From: Chlamydiia bacterium
GTDB lineage: Bacteria; Chlamydiota; Chlamydiia; Chlamydiales; Rhabdochlamydiaceae
Direction of reading: 5' to 3'
Assembly (NCBI GenBank): GCA_963804085.1
Contig: CAWDOQ010000002.1
Location: 160,001 to 224,000, forward strand
Length of the DNA: 64,000 bases
Below the pieces are notes generated by a model that was given only the letters and a program-made list of their open reading frames with translations, searched no databases and was not told the DNA's origin. The position numbers were made by a program, and so were the translations under genes. This document shows, one piece after another, positions 42,230-52,600 of this stretch. Within the stretch, counting starts at the first letter, position 1; each line of letters starts with the position of its first letter.

Positions 42230-43465
42230 ATGGCAGAAGTGAGTCGTGTTTCAGGCCCCGGAGGCTCCGAAGATTCCTCGAAAAAAGATAAGAAGGTCGC
42301 TGACGCCCAAAAATTTCGAGAGCTTATGAAGGTCCAGAAGGTCGACGAAGTAGACGAAGAGCAAAAAAAGAAGAGAAAGCGTCCGCAAGAGGCCGAAGAG
42401 GATGCCAAAGCGCAAGAAGCCGCGCAAGGTGCGCCACCGCCCGTTGGGGTCCCTCCCACAGACGCGCCTCCCTTTGCTCCCCACTCTGACAAAAAAGTGG
42501 GCGGTGTTTTAAAATCGGGACAGCTAGGCGGGCCCGCTCCCACGGCTCCCCCTCCTTCTGCACCTGCTCCCTCTGAGCCAGAGGATGGCTTTTGGGAAGG
42601 AGAGACCTACATGCAGACGTTTCCTGATACAACACCCTCTCAAAAATCTGCGCAGCCTCCTCTCAAAACTCCTGCCCCATCCGCTCCCCTCTCTGCCCCT
42701 GAACCTATGCAGCCTACGCGTGCAGAGCAACCGCAACCTCCCGCTCCTGTTATCGGTCCGCCTCCTACCAAAAAAGCGGCTCAAGCGGCACAAAAACCAG
42801 AAGTAGGCCCTCCCAAACCCGCACACAAAGAGGAGAAGGAGAGCTACTTCACGCAAGCAAAAAAGACGGGAAAGAAGAAAGAGGAGATACCTTCCGTGCC
42901 AGAAGAGATGGAGGGCACAGCGGTGACCCCGCCTGCGGCAGCTGGAGAGACAAGATCTACTAAAAAAGCAAAAGGCGAAGAGAAAATAGAGGAGATGACT
43001 CCACAAACCGGGCAGATGCAAACGCCGGAACTACCGCTCGAGGCCCCAGGGCCTATAGGCGCACCAACTCCTCCGCCCTCTTATGCCTACTTGCACCCGC
43101 ATGTGCTCGACATGTTCGAGAGAATGGTGGGCGTGATGACCGTAATGACAAATGCGGGCATTAGCGAAACCACCATTACTTTGAGCGCTCCGCAATACAA
43201 CTCTTCGATTTTCTATGGAGCGCAGATCATCATCCAAGAGTATAGCACAGCACCCAAAGCATTTAACGTGCAGCTGATAGCTAGTCCACAAGCGGTGAAG
43301 CTTTTTAACGCGAATGCAGACGATTTAATGGCAGCTTTTCAGGGCGGCAAATACAATTTCAGAATCAACCGGCTAGAAGCCTCCCTTGCATCCGACCGTC
43401 CCCTATTTAAACGAAAAGAGGGTATTTCCGGAGAGGGCAAAGGAAAAGAGAAAGGAGAACGGTAA
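42230..43465 (+). CDS. cdsP: CdsP/SctP-like needle-length ruler (CT671 position)
   Basis: Long Pro/Lys/Glu-rich disordered region plus a C-terminal globular switch-like domain; lies between cdsO and cdsQ. Confidence 0.75.
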   Translation: MAEVSRVSGPGGSEDSSKKDKKVADAQKFRELMKVQKVDEVDEEQKKKRKRPQEAEEDAKAQEAAQGAPPPVGVPPTDAPPFAPHSDKKVGGVLKSGQLGGPAPTAPPPSAPAPSEPEDGFWEGETYMQTFPDTTPSQKSAQPPLKTPAPSAPLSAPEPMQPTRAEQPQPPAPVIGPPPTKKAAQAAQKPEVGPPKPAHKEEKESYFTQAKKTGKKKEEIPSVPEEMEGTAVTPPAAAGETRSTKKAKGEEKIEEMTPQTGQMQTPELPLEAPGPIGAPTPPPSYAYLHPHVLDMFERMVGVMTVMTNAGISETTITLSAPQYNSSIFYGAQIIIQEYSTAPKAFNVQLIASPQAVKLFNANADDLMAAFQGGKYNFRINRLEASLASDRPLFKRKEGISGEGKGKEKGER

Positions 43466-43467
43466 AG

Positions 43468-44097
43468 ATGATCAACTCCTCCAAATTAGTGCACGAAAAA
43501 ATAGAGGGTTCGCCTCTTGAGACACAAGAAGAGAAAAAGATCCCTCCCTTTAAACCTCTTTTAGAGAAAGAGGAGAAGGCGCGAGATACAAAAGAGGAGA
43601 GCTTTTTCGATCTTTTGGCATCTCGAGAAAAGAAGAAGAGCGAAAAAGAGGAGAGTGAGATAGGGCTTAGCGCCCTTCCGCCTCCCCTTCTCTCCCCTCT
43701 TCTCCTGGCATCAATCGAAGCGCCGCGCTTTTTAGCAGCTTCCTTAGCTCCGCTATTCGAAGCGATGGTGGGACAGATGCAAGTGATGACAGAGAAGGGT
43801 GTCGTCGAAACAACGGTTACTCTCAATGCTCCTAAATACGCAAACTCTCCTTTTTACGGGACGCAGATTACGATCCGCGAATATAGTACCGCTCCCAAAA
43901 TCTTCAACATCGAAGTGAGCACATCTGTGCAGGCAGCGGCTCTGCTACAAAAGAATCAAGAACAGCTCCTCTTTGCTATGCAAGGACAAGGGTATAACTT
44001 TAAGATAAACCGCTTTGAGGCATCGCTCTTAAGAGCAAAAGATGAGGAGCAAGCCTCATCCGATGACCAACAACAACAAGGAAACGAAAGACAATGA
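43468..44097 (+). CDS. Short paralog of CdsP
   Basis: FEAMVGQMQVMT...ETTVTLNAPKY...FYGTQITIREYSTAPKIFN aligns with the CdsP C-terminal domain. Confidence 0.85.
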   Translation: MINSSKLVHEKIEGSPLETQEEKKIPPFKPLLEKEEKARDTKEESFFDLLASREKKKSEKEESEIGLSALPPPLLSPLLLASIEAPRFLAASLAPLFEAMVGQMQVMTEKGVVETTVTLNAPKYANSPFYGTQITIREYSTAPKIFNIEVSTSVQAAALLQKNQEQLLFAMQGQGYNFKINRFEASLLRAKDEEQASSDDQQQQGNERQ

Positions 44098-45281
44098 GCG
44101 CAGCTCCTGCTTTCTGGGTAAAAAAAGTCGAATCGGCAATAGAAGAGATGAAGCTTATCCCGCTATGGGGCTCGCCTCCCCCTTTTCCGTGGGAGGAGTT
44201 TACAGAAAAACTAAAAGAAGCTCTGAATCTTCCCAAGCTTGAACTCTCTTTACAAAAGACAGAATGGAAAGAAAAAGAGGAGCTTCTCTCCGGTATGGGC
44301 GATCAGCCGATCCTATCCTCATGCCTCCTCTCTCCCATTGCTACACCTCTGTTTTTTGTCATGCCGCAGGAAGATGCCTTCCGTCTAAGCGCTTACGCCC
44401 TTTCGCCTGAGCAAGAAACCAGAGGCTTTACCAATCCCCATTTCCAAGAAGGGTTTTACCGCTTTCTTTTGCTTCATGTCCTGGATACGATAAGCCAGCT
44501 TAACCCTTTTCCCTCTCTTTCTTTAAAATTGGCGAGCAAGACCTCCCTTCCTGAGGAGGGAGCGCTTGCACACGAGATCAAGATCAAGTTAGGAAGAAAG
44601 GTGCTCTGGGCAAGAGTTCTCATCCCCTCCTCTTTTCATGAGGCCTTCCGCGTACACTTCTCTCAAGAGAGGCCGCCTCTACTAGAGAGCCCGCTTACAC
44701 ACGAGCTTCCCCTCTCGCTCCACGCAGAGGTGGGCAGCGTAAACTTAAAAGTGCATGAGTGGCAGAAGCTTGGCATTGGCGACCTGCTGATCTTAGACCG
44801 CTGCACATTTGATCCGGATGAACAAAAGGGCAGTGCTGTGCTTGTGCTAGATAAGACGCCTCTTTTTCAAGCGCGCTACAAGCACGATCAGATCAAAATT
44901 GTCGATTATGCATTCTACTATGAGGAGAATATGGACACATCCAACGAATCAGGAGAAGAGACTCCCGGCGAAGAGCTCTCTGAAGAGGAAGCTAAAGCCG
45001 ACGAAAGCCACCTCTGGTCTACCAAGAGTGAAGGAAGAGAAGAAGATGTGGAAAAGCTGCTCTCCGCAGAAGAGATCCCACTCACTTTAACCGTGGAGTT
45101 AGGAAGAGTGACTCTCCCCTTAGACAAGCTGCTTAAACTTGCACCGGGCAATCTGGTCGAACTCCCCACAAAACCCGAACAAGGCGTCTCTCTCACCATA
45201 CACGGCAAGCGCGTGGCAAAAGGAGAGCTAGTCAAACTCGGAGAGGTCATCGGCGTAAAGATTCTCGAGATCGGTGAGTAA
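44094..45281 (+). CDS. cdsQ: T3SS C-ring protein CdsQ/SctQ
   Basis: Two SPOA domains; IPLTLTVELGR...GELVKLGEVIGVKI. Confidence 0.92.
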   Translation: MSAAPAFWVKKVESAIEEMKLIPLWGSPPPFPWEEFTEKLKEALNLPKLELSLQKTEWKEKEELLSGMGDQPILSSCLLSPIATPLFFVMPQEDAFRLSAYALSPEQETRGFTNPHFQEGFYRFLLLHVLDTISQLNPFPSLSLKLASKTSLPEEGALAHEIKIKLGRKVLWARVLIPSSFHEAFRVHFSQERPPLLESPLTHELPLSLHAEVGSVNLKVHEWQKLGIGDLLILDRCTFDPDEQKGSAVLVLDKTPLFQARYKHDQIKIVDYAFYYEENMDTSNESGEETPGEELSEEEAKADESHLWSTKSEGREEDVEKLLSAEEIPLTLTVELGRVTLPLDKLLKLAPGNLVELPTKPEQGVSLTIHGKRVAKGELVKLGEVIGVKILEIGE

Positions 45282-46902
45282 AAAGCGGATGAATGAAAAG
45301 TCGTTTCATAAACAGAATACGCTGCCCGACCTTTCGACGGGAGAGGCGGGCTCTGTCCCTTTTCCTTCTAGAATCGGACCCTACAAAATCGAAAGCCTTT
45401 TAAACCGCGGAGGCATGAGCCTTCTCTATCTAGGCATCCATCCAGATACAAAACAGACTCTTGCGATCAAGGTGCTCTCTCCCGATTATCTGACACATCC
45501 TGAAGCGGTCGATCGCTTTTTAAAAGAAGCGCGCATCATCGGCATCACCAACCATCCCAATATTGTAAAACTCTATGGACAAGGAGAGTGGGAAGGAGGG
45601 CTGTATATCGCAATGGAGTTTATCCGCGGCATTTCGCTCAGCCAGTTTATCGTGCAGCACTCGCTTTCACTTAAACGGTGCGTAGACATACTGCTCCAAG
45701 TCGCCTATGCGCTCTTACACCTACACACCCATGGCGTGATCCATCGCGACCTAAAACCGGAAAATATTCTGATCACAGAGGATGGCGAGATCAAAGTAAT
45801 CGATTTTGGCATCGCACAACTTCATGAGGAGATCCCGGAAAAAGCCTCTTCACAGACACAAATCTTAGGCACACCGAGTTACATGAGTCCCGAGCAGAAA
45901 GAGAACTCGGCAAAGGTCACCTTTGCATCAGATATCTACTCTTTGGGGGTGATCGGTTTCGAACTGGTTTTGGGCAAGCTCAGCTTTGGCGTGATCAACC
46001 TCTCACTTCTTCCTAAAGGCTTAAAAAAGATCATCGAAAAGACACTTGCCGTATCACTCAAAGAGCGCTATCAGGATATCGTCGACTTTATCAGTGATCT
46101 CTCAGATTATTTAAAATCAGGAGAGCTGGAAAGAGAACGTCCCGGCAGCGACCAGGCCAAAGAGGTGCTAGAATCGCTGCAAAAGGCTGCAAGCCTCCTC
46201 TCACCCATCAGCCTCCCCGAGTGGCCTGAACTAGAAATGGGACTTGCCAAACACAAAGGCCCAGCCCAAATGGGAGTCTACTACGACTTCTTCAAGTTCC
46301 CCAATGGGAGCTTTGGCATCGTGCTAGCAGAATCTCTTTCGTCTAATATCGATGCCGCCATCTATATCGCCGGCTTTAGAGGCATTGTCCGCACGCTTAT
46401 CCAAGAAAAAGCACCTTCTGACAAAAATGTCTTTCCTGTGATCCCCTTTCTATCCACGTTGCAAGAGCTCCTTATCGAAGATGGGATGAGGCAGTCCTTT
46501 GCATTAGGCTTCGTCCTACTCGACCCTTTGCGCGAGCAGCTGGCATTTGTCTCTTGCGGTCTTGGAAGACTTATCCACCTAGCGCAAGGGAGCAGCAAGC
46601 CGCGCCTACTCGCCTCAGAAAACTTACCTCTGGGTGTCTCCGGAACAAGAGAGTTTGAAGAGACCGTGGACAATTGGAAGATGGGAGACACTCTCATTCT
46701 CCACACCTTCGAAACAGCCTTTTCCAAAGAGGATGCCCTTCAAAAGGAGCTAGAGACCTCTCTTTTGAACGCCATCTCAGATAGCTCTCTTCTCTCAGCT
46801 GAGCGCCAGGGCGAAGCAATACTGAAAAAAATGGTCAATCTTCCCATCTTTGCGCAGCAGCGCCTCCCTAAGATTATCCTCACCCTCCGCCGCATCTCTT
46901 AA
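45274..46902 (+). CDS. pkn5: Ser/Thr kinase Pkn5-like, with a C-terminal SpoIIE/PP2C-like domain
   Basis: GGMS, AIKVL, HRDLKPEN, DFG, GTPSYMSPE; the C-terminus has YYDFF, NLPLGV, GDTLILHT. Confidence 0.88.
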   Translation: MSKKRMNEKSFHKQNTLPDLSTGEAGSVPFPSRIGPYKIESLLNRGGMSLLYLGIHPDTKQTLAIKVLSPDYLTHPEAVDRFLKEARIIGITNHPNIVKLYGQGEWEGGLYIAMEFIRGISLSQFIVQHSLSLKRCVDILLQVAYALLHLHTHGVIHRDLKPENILITEDGEIKVIDFGIAQLHEEIPEKASSQTQILGTPSYMSPEQKENSAKVTFASDIYSLGVIGFELVLGKLSFGVINLSLLPKGLKKIIEKTLAVSLKERYQDIVDFISDLSDYLKSGELERERPGSDQAKEVLESLQKAASLLSPISLPEWPELEMGLAKHKGPAQMGVYYDFFKFPNGSFGIVLAESLSSNIDAAIYIAGFRGIVRTLIQEKAPSDKNVFPVIPFLSTLQELLIEDGMRQSFALGFVLLDPLREQLAFVSCGLGRLIHLAQGSSKPRLLASENLPLGVSGTREFEETVDNWKMGDTLILHTFETAFSKEDALQKELETSLLNAISDSSLLSAERQGEAILKKMVNLPIFAQQRLPKIILTLRRIS

Positions 46903-46905
46903 ATC

Positions 46906-48486
46906 TTATTCGGAGATTGTGACAGGAGTGCTAGCACCGGTTGCGCTGAGCGCAACCACCGAATAGGTATTCACGGTTTTTTTGCTCTGATTGTGATCGT
47001 CGTAGGAGAGCTGCGTAGAGGGCACAGTCGCAATGACTGTTCCATTGCGCGAAATTTGATAGGAAGTAACGTCAGTCGTTGGACTCGCAAGCCAAGAGAT
47101 GATTTTAATATAATCGCTTTGGGTCGCAAAACGATTGGTAAGTGCGCTCGCCGAAATCCCTGCAGGAGGCAGGGGAGGAGAAGAAGGTGAGGTCGCAGGA
47201 AAGAAACTAGCGAAAACTTCGTCGGGTCCAGATCCACCGGTGTTATTGAAATCGTAAGCCACGATTCCTGCATTATTATCATTCATAACAACTGGTAAGG
47301 AATTGGCATCCACAACGTCGCCAGTTGCAACTGTAATAGAAGGACCCCAACTCCCCGCTGTCAAGAAAGAGCTTTCAACAGAGTTATTGTTAGAGTCCCA
47401 AACAACAACACCGTTTCCCAAATTGTTGAATGCAAGCGTCGGGCCAAATTCATCCTCTGATGGAGGTGAAAGATCAGGATTCACCGTCCAATTCGTTCCA
47501 TCAAAAGTAGCGGCTTGAATTACAGAGTTACCGAAGCCAATGTTAAAATAGGTCCAAGCTGCAGCACCATTATTAGAATCATTCAAGACAATTTGAGGAT
47601 TAAAAACTGTACTATCCATCGGGGAAAGCGGTGCCACTGTGTCACCGGATGACCAAGCAGTCCCGTCGTAATAAGAGGCGAAGGCAGCGCTACGAGAGAA
47701 GGGGAGTGTACCCATAAAAGAAACAAGAGCATGTCCTAAATTATTTAGCGAAATTGATGTTGGCAAGACACCGGATAGAGAGATCGAAGTGGGAAAGGGT
47801 ATTTCTATAGCCCCGCCCCAGCTTGCACTGCTAAAGCTATATATATCTGAAAAAGGGATTGTACCATTGATGATAGTGTTCTGCCCCCAGGCCACCAAAG
47901 CTTGTGAATTGGTTCCCAAATTATTCAACGAAACTTGAGTGGAAGTAGTTACCTCAGTAGGGTCAGACAATAGTGTTGACGCTGACCAGTTGCCCCCAGA
48001 AAAAATAAAGGCATTGACAGTTGTAATTGCCAGAGTATTTCCCGTATAAACTAACACTGCTAAGTTATCGTCATTCAGCTTTACAATAGAATTATCATTC
48101 GTAGAAGAGGAGGTCAACGCAACAGGAGTATCCCAGTTCGTTCCGTCGTAATGACTCACCTTGATCTGGTTAGCCTGCGTCCACGATGCCCATGCCTGTC
48201 CTAAGTTGTTCATCGAGACAGAGGGGTTGCTAGCACCACCTCCATTAGAAATAGGCGCAGAAAAAAACATGTATGTACCGCTCGTGCCATTAAAAAATGC
48301 ACCTTTAATGTCACCAATATCTGTCTCATCCATCCAAACTATTATTGCATTATCTGAGTTGTTCATGGAAACTTTCGGACTCTGACCGGCATTATCGAGA
48401 AGCTCGGGCGTGCTCCAAGGGGCATCAGCTTGTATTAGCGATGTTAAAAGAGTGAAGAAAAGAAAAAGCGCACGTTTTATGAACAC
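46906..48486 (-). CDS. Exported repeat protein (beta-propeller-like repeats plus a C-terminal Ig/FN3-like domain)
   Basis: GTG start after AGGAG; signal peptide; repeats P-x-V-S-[ML]-N-[ND]-x-G-x-A and YDGTNW; C-terminal W..SPT..V.SY.I.RNG. Confidence 0.75.
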   Translation of the reverse strand: MFIKRALFLFFTLLTSLIQADAPWSTPELLDNAGQSPKVSMNNSDNAIIVWMDETDIGDIKGAFFNGTSGTYMFFSAPISNGGGASNPSVSMNNLGQAWASWTQANQIKVSHYDGTNWDTPVALTSSSTNDNSIVKLNDDNLAVLVYTGNTLAITTVNAFIFSGGNWSASTLLSDPTEVTTSTQVSLNNLGTNSQALVAWGQNTIINGTIPFSDIYSFSSASWGGAIEIPFPTSISLSGVLPTSISLNNLGHALVSFMGTLPFSRSAAFASYYDGTAWSSGDTVAPLSPMDSTVFNPQIVLNDSNNGAAAWTYFNIGFGNSVIQAATFDGTNWTVNPDLSPPSEDEFGPTLAFNNLGNGVVVWDSNNNSVESSFLTAGSWGPSITVATGDVVDANSLPVVMNDNNAGIVAYDFNNTGGSGPDEVFASFFPATSPSSPPLPPAGISASALTNRFATQSDYIKIISWLASPTTDVTSYQISRNGTVIATVPSTQLSYDDHNQSKKTVNTYSVVALSATGASTPVTISE

Positions 48487-48499
48487 CTTTGTTCTCCTG

Positions 48500-49156
48500 T
48501 TAAAAATGATATCCAAAGCCTCCGCCAAACTGTAGGCCACCTGTTTGCACTTGATGAGTTGTCACACCGTTGTGCTTTTCAAAATGGATCCAATTTAAGC
48601 GATAGGAAGTAAAGGCATCGAAGAAAAACCCATCTTTAATATCCAGCGTAATGCCGGCTTGAAAAAGCGAAGAGAAGCCCCACCTGATAGTGGTGGGTTT
48701 AACAAAAGAAGAGTGGTCTCTAAAATGGGTATAAACAGCACCGACTGCCACTCCCACATAAGGCTGATAAAAGAGTTTCGGATTCAAGAAATACCCTTTT
48801 GCTCCCGCTGTTATCGGAATGAAATAGGCGCTCGTCCTATTATGTAACCCGGTGCTATGACCGCTTTTGCTGGTATAGGCAACATTGGCAAAAGTAGAAA
48901 AATGGGGATGGAATCGACAGTCAAACTCTATAGAGTACTCGGGCCAAAAATCTTTATAGATTTTGCGCAAGACTCTCTCTTGGGGACGAAAAGCCGCAAC
49001 CCGGCCTTTAAGTGAGATGTGTGCAAACTTTTTCTCTTCGACAACTTTGACTCTATTGCGATTTTTGTAGCTATTCTGGGCATTAGGAGCATCTTCTGCA
49101 CAAAGAAACACAGTGGGCAAAAGAGCGGTTAAAACAAGTAGTCTTTGGATGTTCAT
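48500..49156 (-). CDS. Outer membrane beta-barrel protein (small, OmpW/OmpA-barrel-like)
   Basis: Signal peptide, alternating amphipathic strands, QPYVGVAVG, C-terminal GGFGYHF. Confidence 0.8.
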   Translation of the reverse strand: MNIQRLLVLTALLPTVFLCAEDAPNAQNSYKNRNRVKVVEEKKFAHISLKGRVAAFRPQERVLRKIYKDFWPEYSIEFDCRFHPHFSTFANVAYTSKSGHSTGLHNRTSAYFIPITAGAKGYFLNPKLFYQPYVGVAVGAVYTHFRDHSSFVKPTTIRWGFSSLFQAGITLDIKDGFFFDAFTSYRLNWIHFEKHNGVTTHQVQTGGLQFGGGFGYHF

Positions 49157-49290
49157 GAGTTTGGATCTTTCAGAATTCAAACAATTTCTGCAACAGGATT
49201 TTGACAATCATATTCTGGCATCTCCTGACATCCGTTACCGTCACCGTTTTCCGTTACCGTTACCGATTTGCGTCTGCTTTACGTTAATAG

Positions 49291-49466
49291 GGAGATTCAA
49301 CGCAAAGTCGCAATGACGCAAAAGACGCAAAATTTACGACTTCGCGGCATAAAGATTTTGATAGAATACTTCTATTTACTTTTGCATTCCTTCATGCAGC
49401 CAAAAATATCGGCAGATATTTTTGCTTTGCGTCTTTTGCGTCATTGCGACTTTGCGTTGAATCTCC
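49291..49466. repeat. Palindromic element sharing outer arms with 11974-12440
   Basis: GGAGATTCAACGCAAAGTCGCAATGACGCAAAAGACGCAAA / TTTGCGTCTTTTGCGTCATTGCGACTTTGCGTTGAATCTCC; contains GCAGATATTTTTGCTTTGCG as in the 12.4-kb copy. Confidence 0.9.
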
Positions 49467-49615
49467 TAATCGCGAAGAGAAAAAAATCGGGCACGGGCAC
49501 GCACGCGGGCACGGGCACGTTGTCTAGAAGAGGCAGAGCTCGATTCTATGGTTTACAATAATCCGCAGAGTATTTTAGGATTCGAAGACAAGTTTCTTTA
49601 TTTTTTGAATACAAT

Positions 49616-52600
49616 ATGAAACGACGCAGACCGCGCCGCAGCTCTTTAAAGTTACGAAAAAATCGCCTCTTCCAGTTTACGGTAGGGGGGCTGTTCATCT
49701 ATGTCCTCAATTTTAGCGTTCTCTTCGGTAAAGAAGAGATGCAGAACTACTCTGATATCGACCCGAAAGAATTAGAAGAGACGCCCCCGAAGAAGGCCGA
49801 TAATTACACGATCAACTTCAAGAACGTGGGGATCATCGAATACATCAAGTTCGTTAGCAAGATCTCTAATGCCAACTTTGTCTTCGACGAGGAGGAGCTC
49901 CAATTTAACGTCACGATTGTATCCGAAGAGCCGATCAGCACTAAAAACATCATGTCCGCGTTAATTCAAGTGCTACGCATCCACGGGCTCACTCTTTTGG
50001 AGCAGGACAACAACTTCATCATCACAAAAAATACGGCCGTTACGCAGATTCCTACGATCATCTCCTCCGATCACATGGATCCGCATGCAAAAACTGCGCC
50101 GATTGTGACGCGTATCTTTCGCATTAAAAATGCCAACTTAAACACTGTAGCTTCGATCATCCGTCCGATGGTCTCTTCTACTGCTCTCATCGAAGTGTCT
50201 AGCGAGACGAAGCAGCTCATCGTTACGGACATCTTGACAAACGTCGATAAGATCGCCTCTCTTCTTTTTAGCTTAGATGCGCCCCATACCTCCCTTGAAG
50301 TGGAAAGCTATACCGCCAAAAACATCGCTCCGGCTGAGCTTATTACCCTTGCCACTCAGATCATCACTCCTTTTGCAGACGGTAACACCCTCCTCTTCGT
50401 CCCTCAAGTAGACACCAACACTATTTACATCGTATCGACCGCTTATCTCATCGAAAGAGCGATGACAATCATGGAGGATCTAGATATCTCCTCCAAAATC
50501 ATACATCTTTCTGCAGAGAATGTTTTCGTCTATAAAATTCTGCAGCGCTCGGGTCAAGATTTAGAGGACTCTCTCTTTCAGATCGCAGATGATCTTAAAG
50601 CTTCGCCCGCACCTCCTCGTAAACTTGTGCTGGCTCTAGAAAGCGTCCGATGGATAAAAGATTCCAACTCTCTTCTCTTTGTCGGCGATAGCGACACGAT
50701 TACAAAAATAAAAGAGATCCTAGTCAATGTCGACACTGCGGTCTCCGCTGCCCCCGCAGAGGGAAATGCTTTTTATCTCTATAAACTCCAATTTGCATCG
50801 GGAGAAATAGTTTTAAAACAGTTAGAGAAAATCGCAGACCATCTTCCCAATGACGATGTGACCCATACAGGTGTTGTCAAGACGATCCGCAACATGAAGT
50901 GGATTAAGGAGAACAACTCTCTTCTAATCACCGGGCCCGCTTCTGCACTGGCAAAGATCCAGGATCTCGTGGCAGAATTTGATGTCGCCGGTGCCGGTGG
51001 TGGCGGAGTCCCTTCCGGAAAGTCCTCATTTGTTATTTACAAGCCCAAGAACCAGTCAGCCGAATCTATTCAACATTCACTCGAAAATATCACGACCGAC
51101 TTAAAAGAGTCTGGCCTGATCGATCCCGACCTTCTTCATACGCTCTCTACCGTGCGCTATGTGCCTGCGACAAACTCCCTTCTTTTGACCGGCACACCCG
51201 AGGCTTTAGATAAAGCGCAAGGCCTTCTAGAAACTATCGATGTTGTCGGCGCCCAAGGTGTTGCCATTCAGCATATCGGCAACCTTACCTTCTTAATCTA
51301 TAAATTAGAACATGTGCCTGCCGCACAGTTTATCAGTTCGATGAAGTCGGTCGCAGCAGAGCTCGACAAGTCCAATGTTTTAGACAAAGAACTCGGAAAA
51401 ACGATCGCTTCGATGAAGTGGATCAAAGAGACTAACTCGATCCTCTTCACGGGTACACCTCAATCCCTTGAAAGAATCGAAGAGCTCGCAAAAAAGTTTG
51501 ATTTCGCTACAGGAGCTGCGCGCGCAGCAGCTTCGCTCACTTACATCGTCTACACCCCCAAGTTCCAATCGGGAGAGGACCTGATCAACACCTTATGTAC
51601 CTTTGAGAACAACTTGTCCGAATCGGGGGTCTCCGATCAGGGGCTCTTCGATGCGATCAACAATTTGAAGTTTATGGAACAGACCGCATCCCTCATCATC
51701 TCGGGGGATGCCGAGTCGATTAAAAAGATCGAAGCACTTTTAGAGCGATTTGACGTACCCAGAAAAGGAGGCGGCGAACTCCCCTCCATCGAGACAATCG
51801 AAAACACCAGCTTCCTCGTCTACAAACTGCAGTACCACCAAGGTCAAGAGATCTTAACTGCTCTAAAACAGGTTTCGGGTGAGCTCGGGAGATCTCCCTC
51901 TCCTGCCACACAGAGCCTGGTCAACTCGATCAACTCACTCCAGTGGATCACTGTGACCAACTCTTTACTTGCCACAGGCGATCAAGAGGTACTGACAAAA
52001 CTAAAAGGGTTAATCGAGAATCTCGATGTGCCTTTAAGACAGGTCTTCATCGAAGTGCTCATCATCGAAACCAGCTTGGCTAATTTGCAAAACTTCGGCG
52101 TCCAGTGGGGAGGCCTTGCCAAATACAAAAACAAGCTCGCGATGAAAACGGGCAACTTCCCCGGCGCCAACCCCTTTTCAGCTTTTCCGACAAATCCAGG
52201 GATTGTACCTGGCTTAAATCGAGTGAATGCAACCACCTTCCCAAATCCTGCAACCGATATTCCCTTCTTGCAAGGATTTGATTTGGGCTCGATTGGCGAC
52301 ATCATCCTGCACAAGGGACAAACCTTCGTCAACTTAGGCGCTCTTGTCAATGCTTTGCAGTCTGACGCCGACACGACGATCCTGCTCAATCCCAAGATCA
52401 TCACGCAGGACAACAACAACTCGACCATCTTCGTTGGACAGAACATTCCCTACTTAGGCTCGCAACAAACGATCACGGGCGCTTCCAATTCGACCGCGAC
52501 CAACTTCGAATACCGCGATATCGGGATGAACCTGAGCATCACTCCGATGCTTGGAAATGGCGATATCATCACCCTCGAAATCTCTAACGACCTTAGCACC

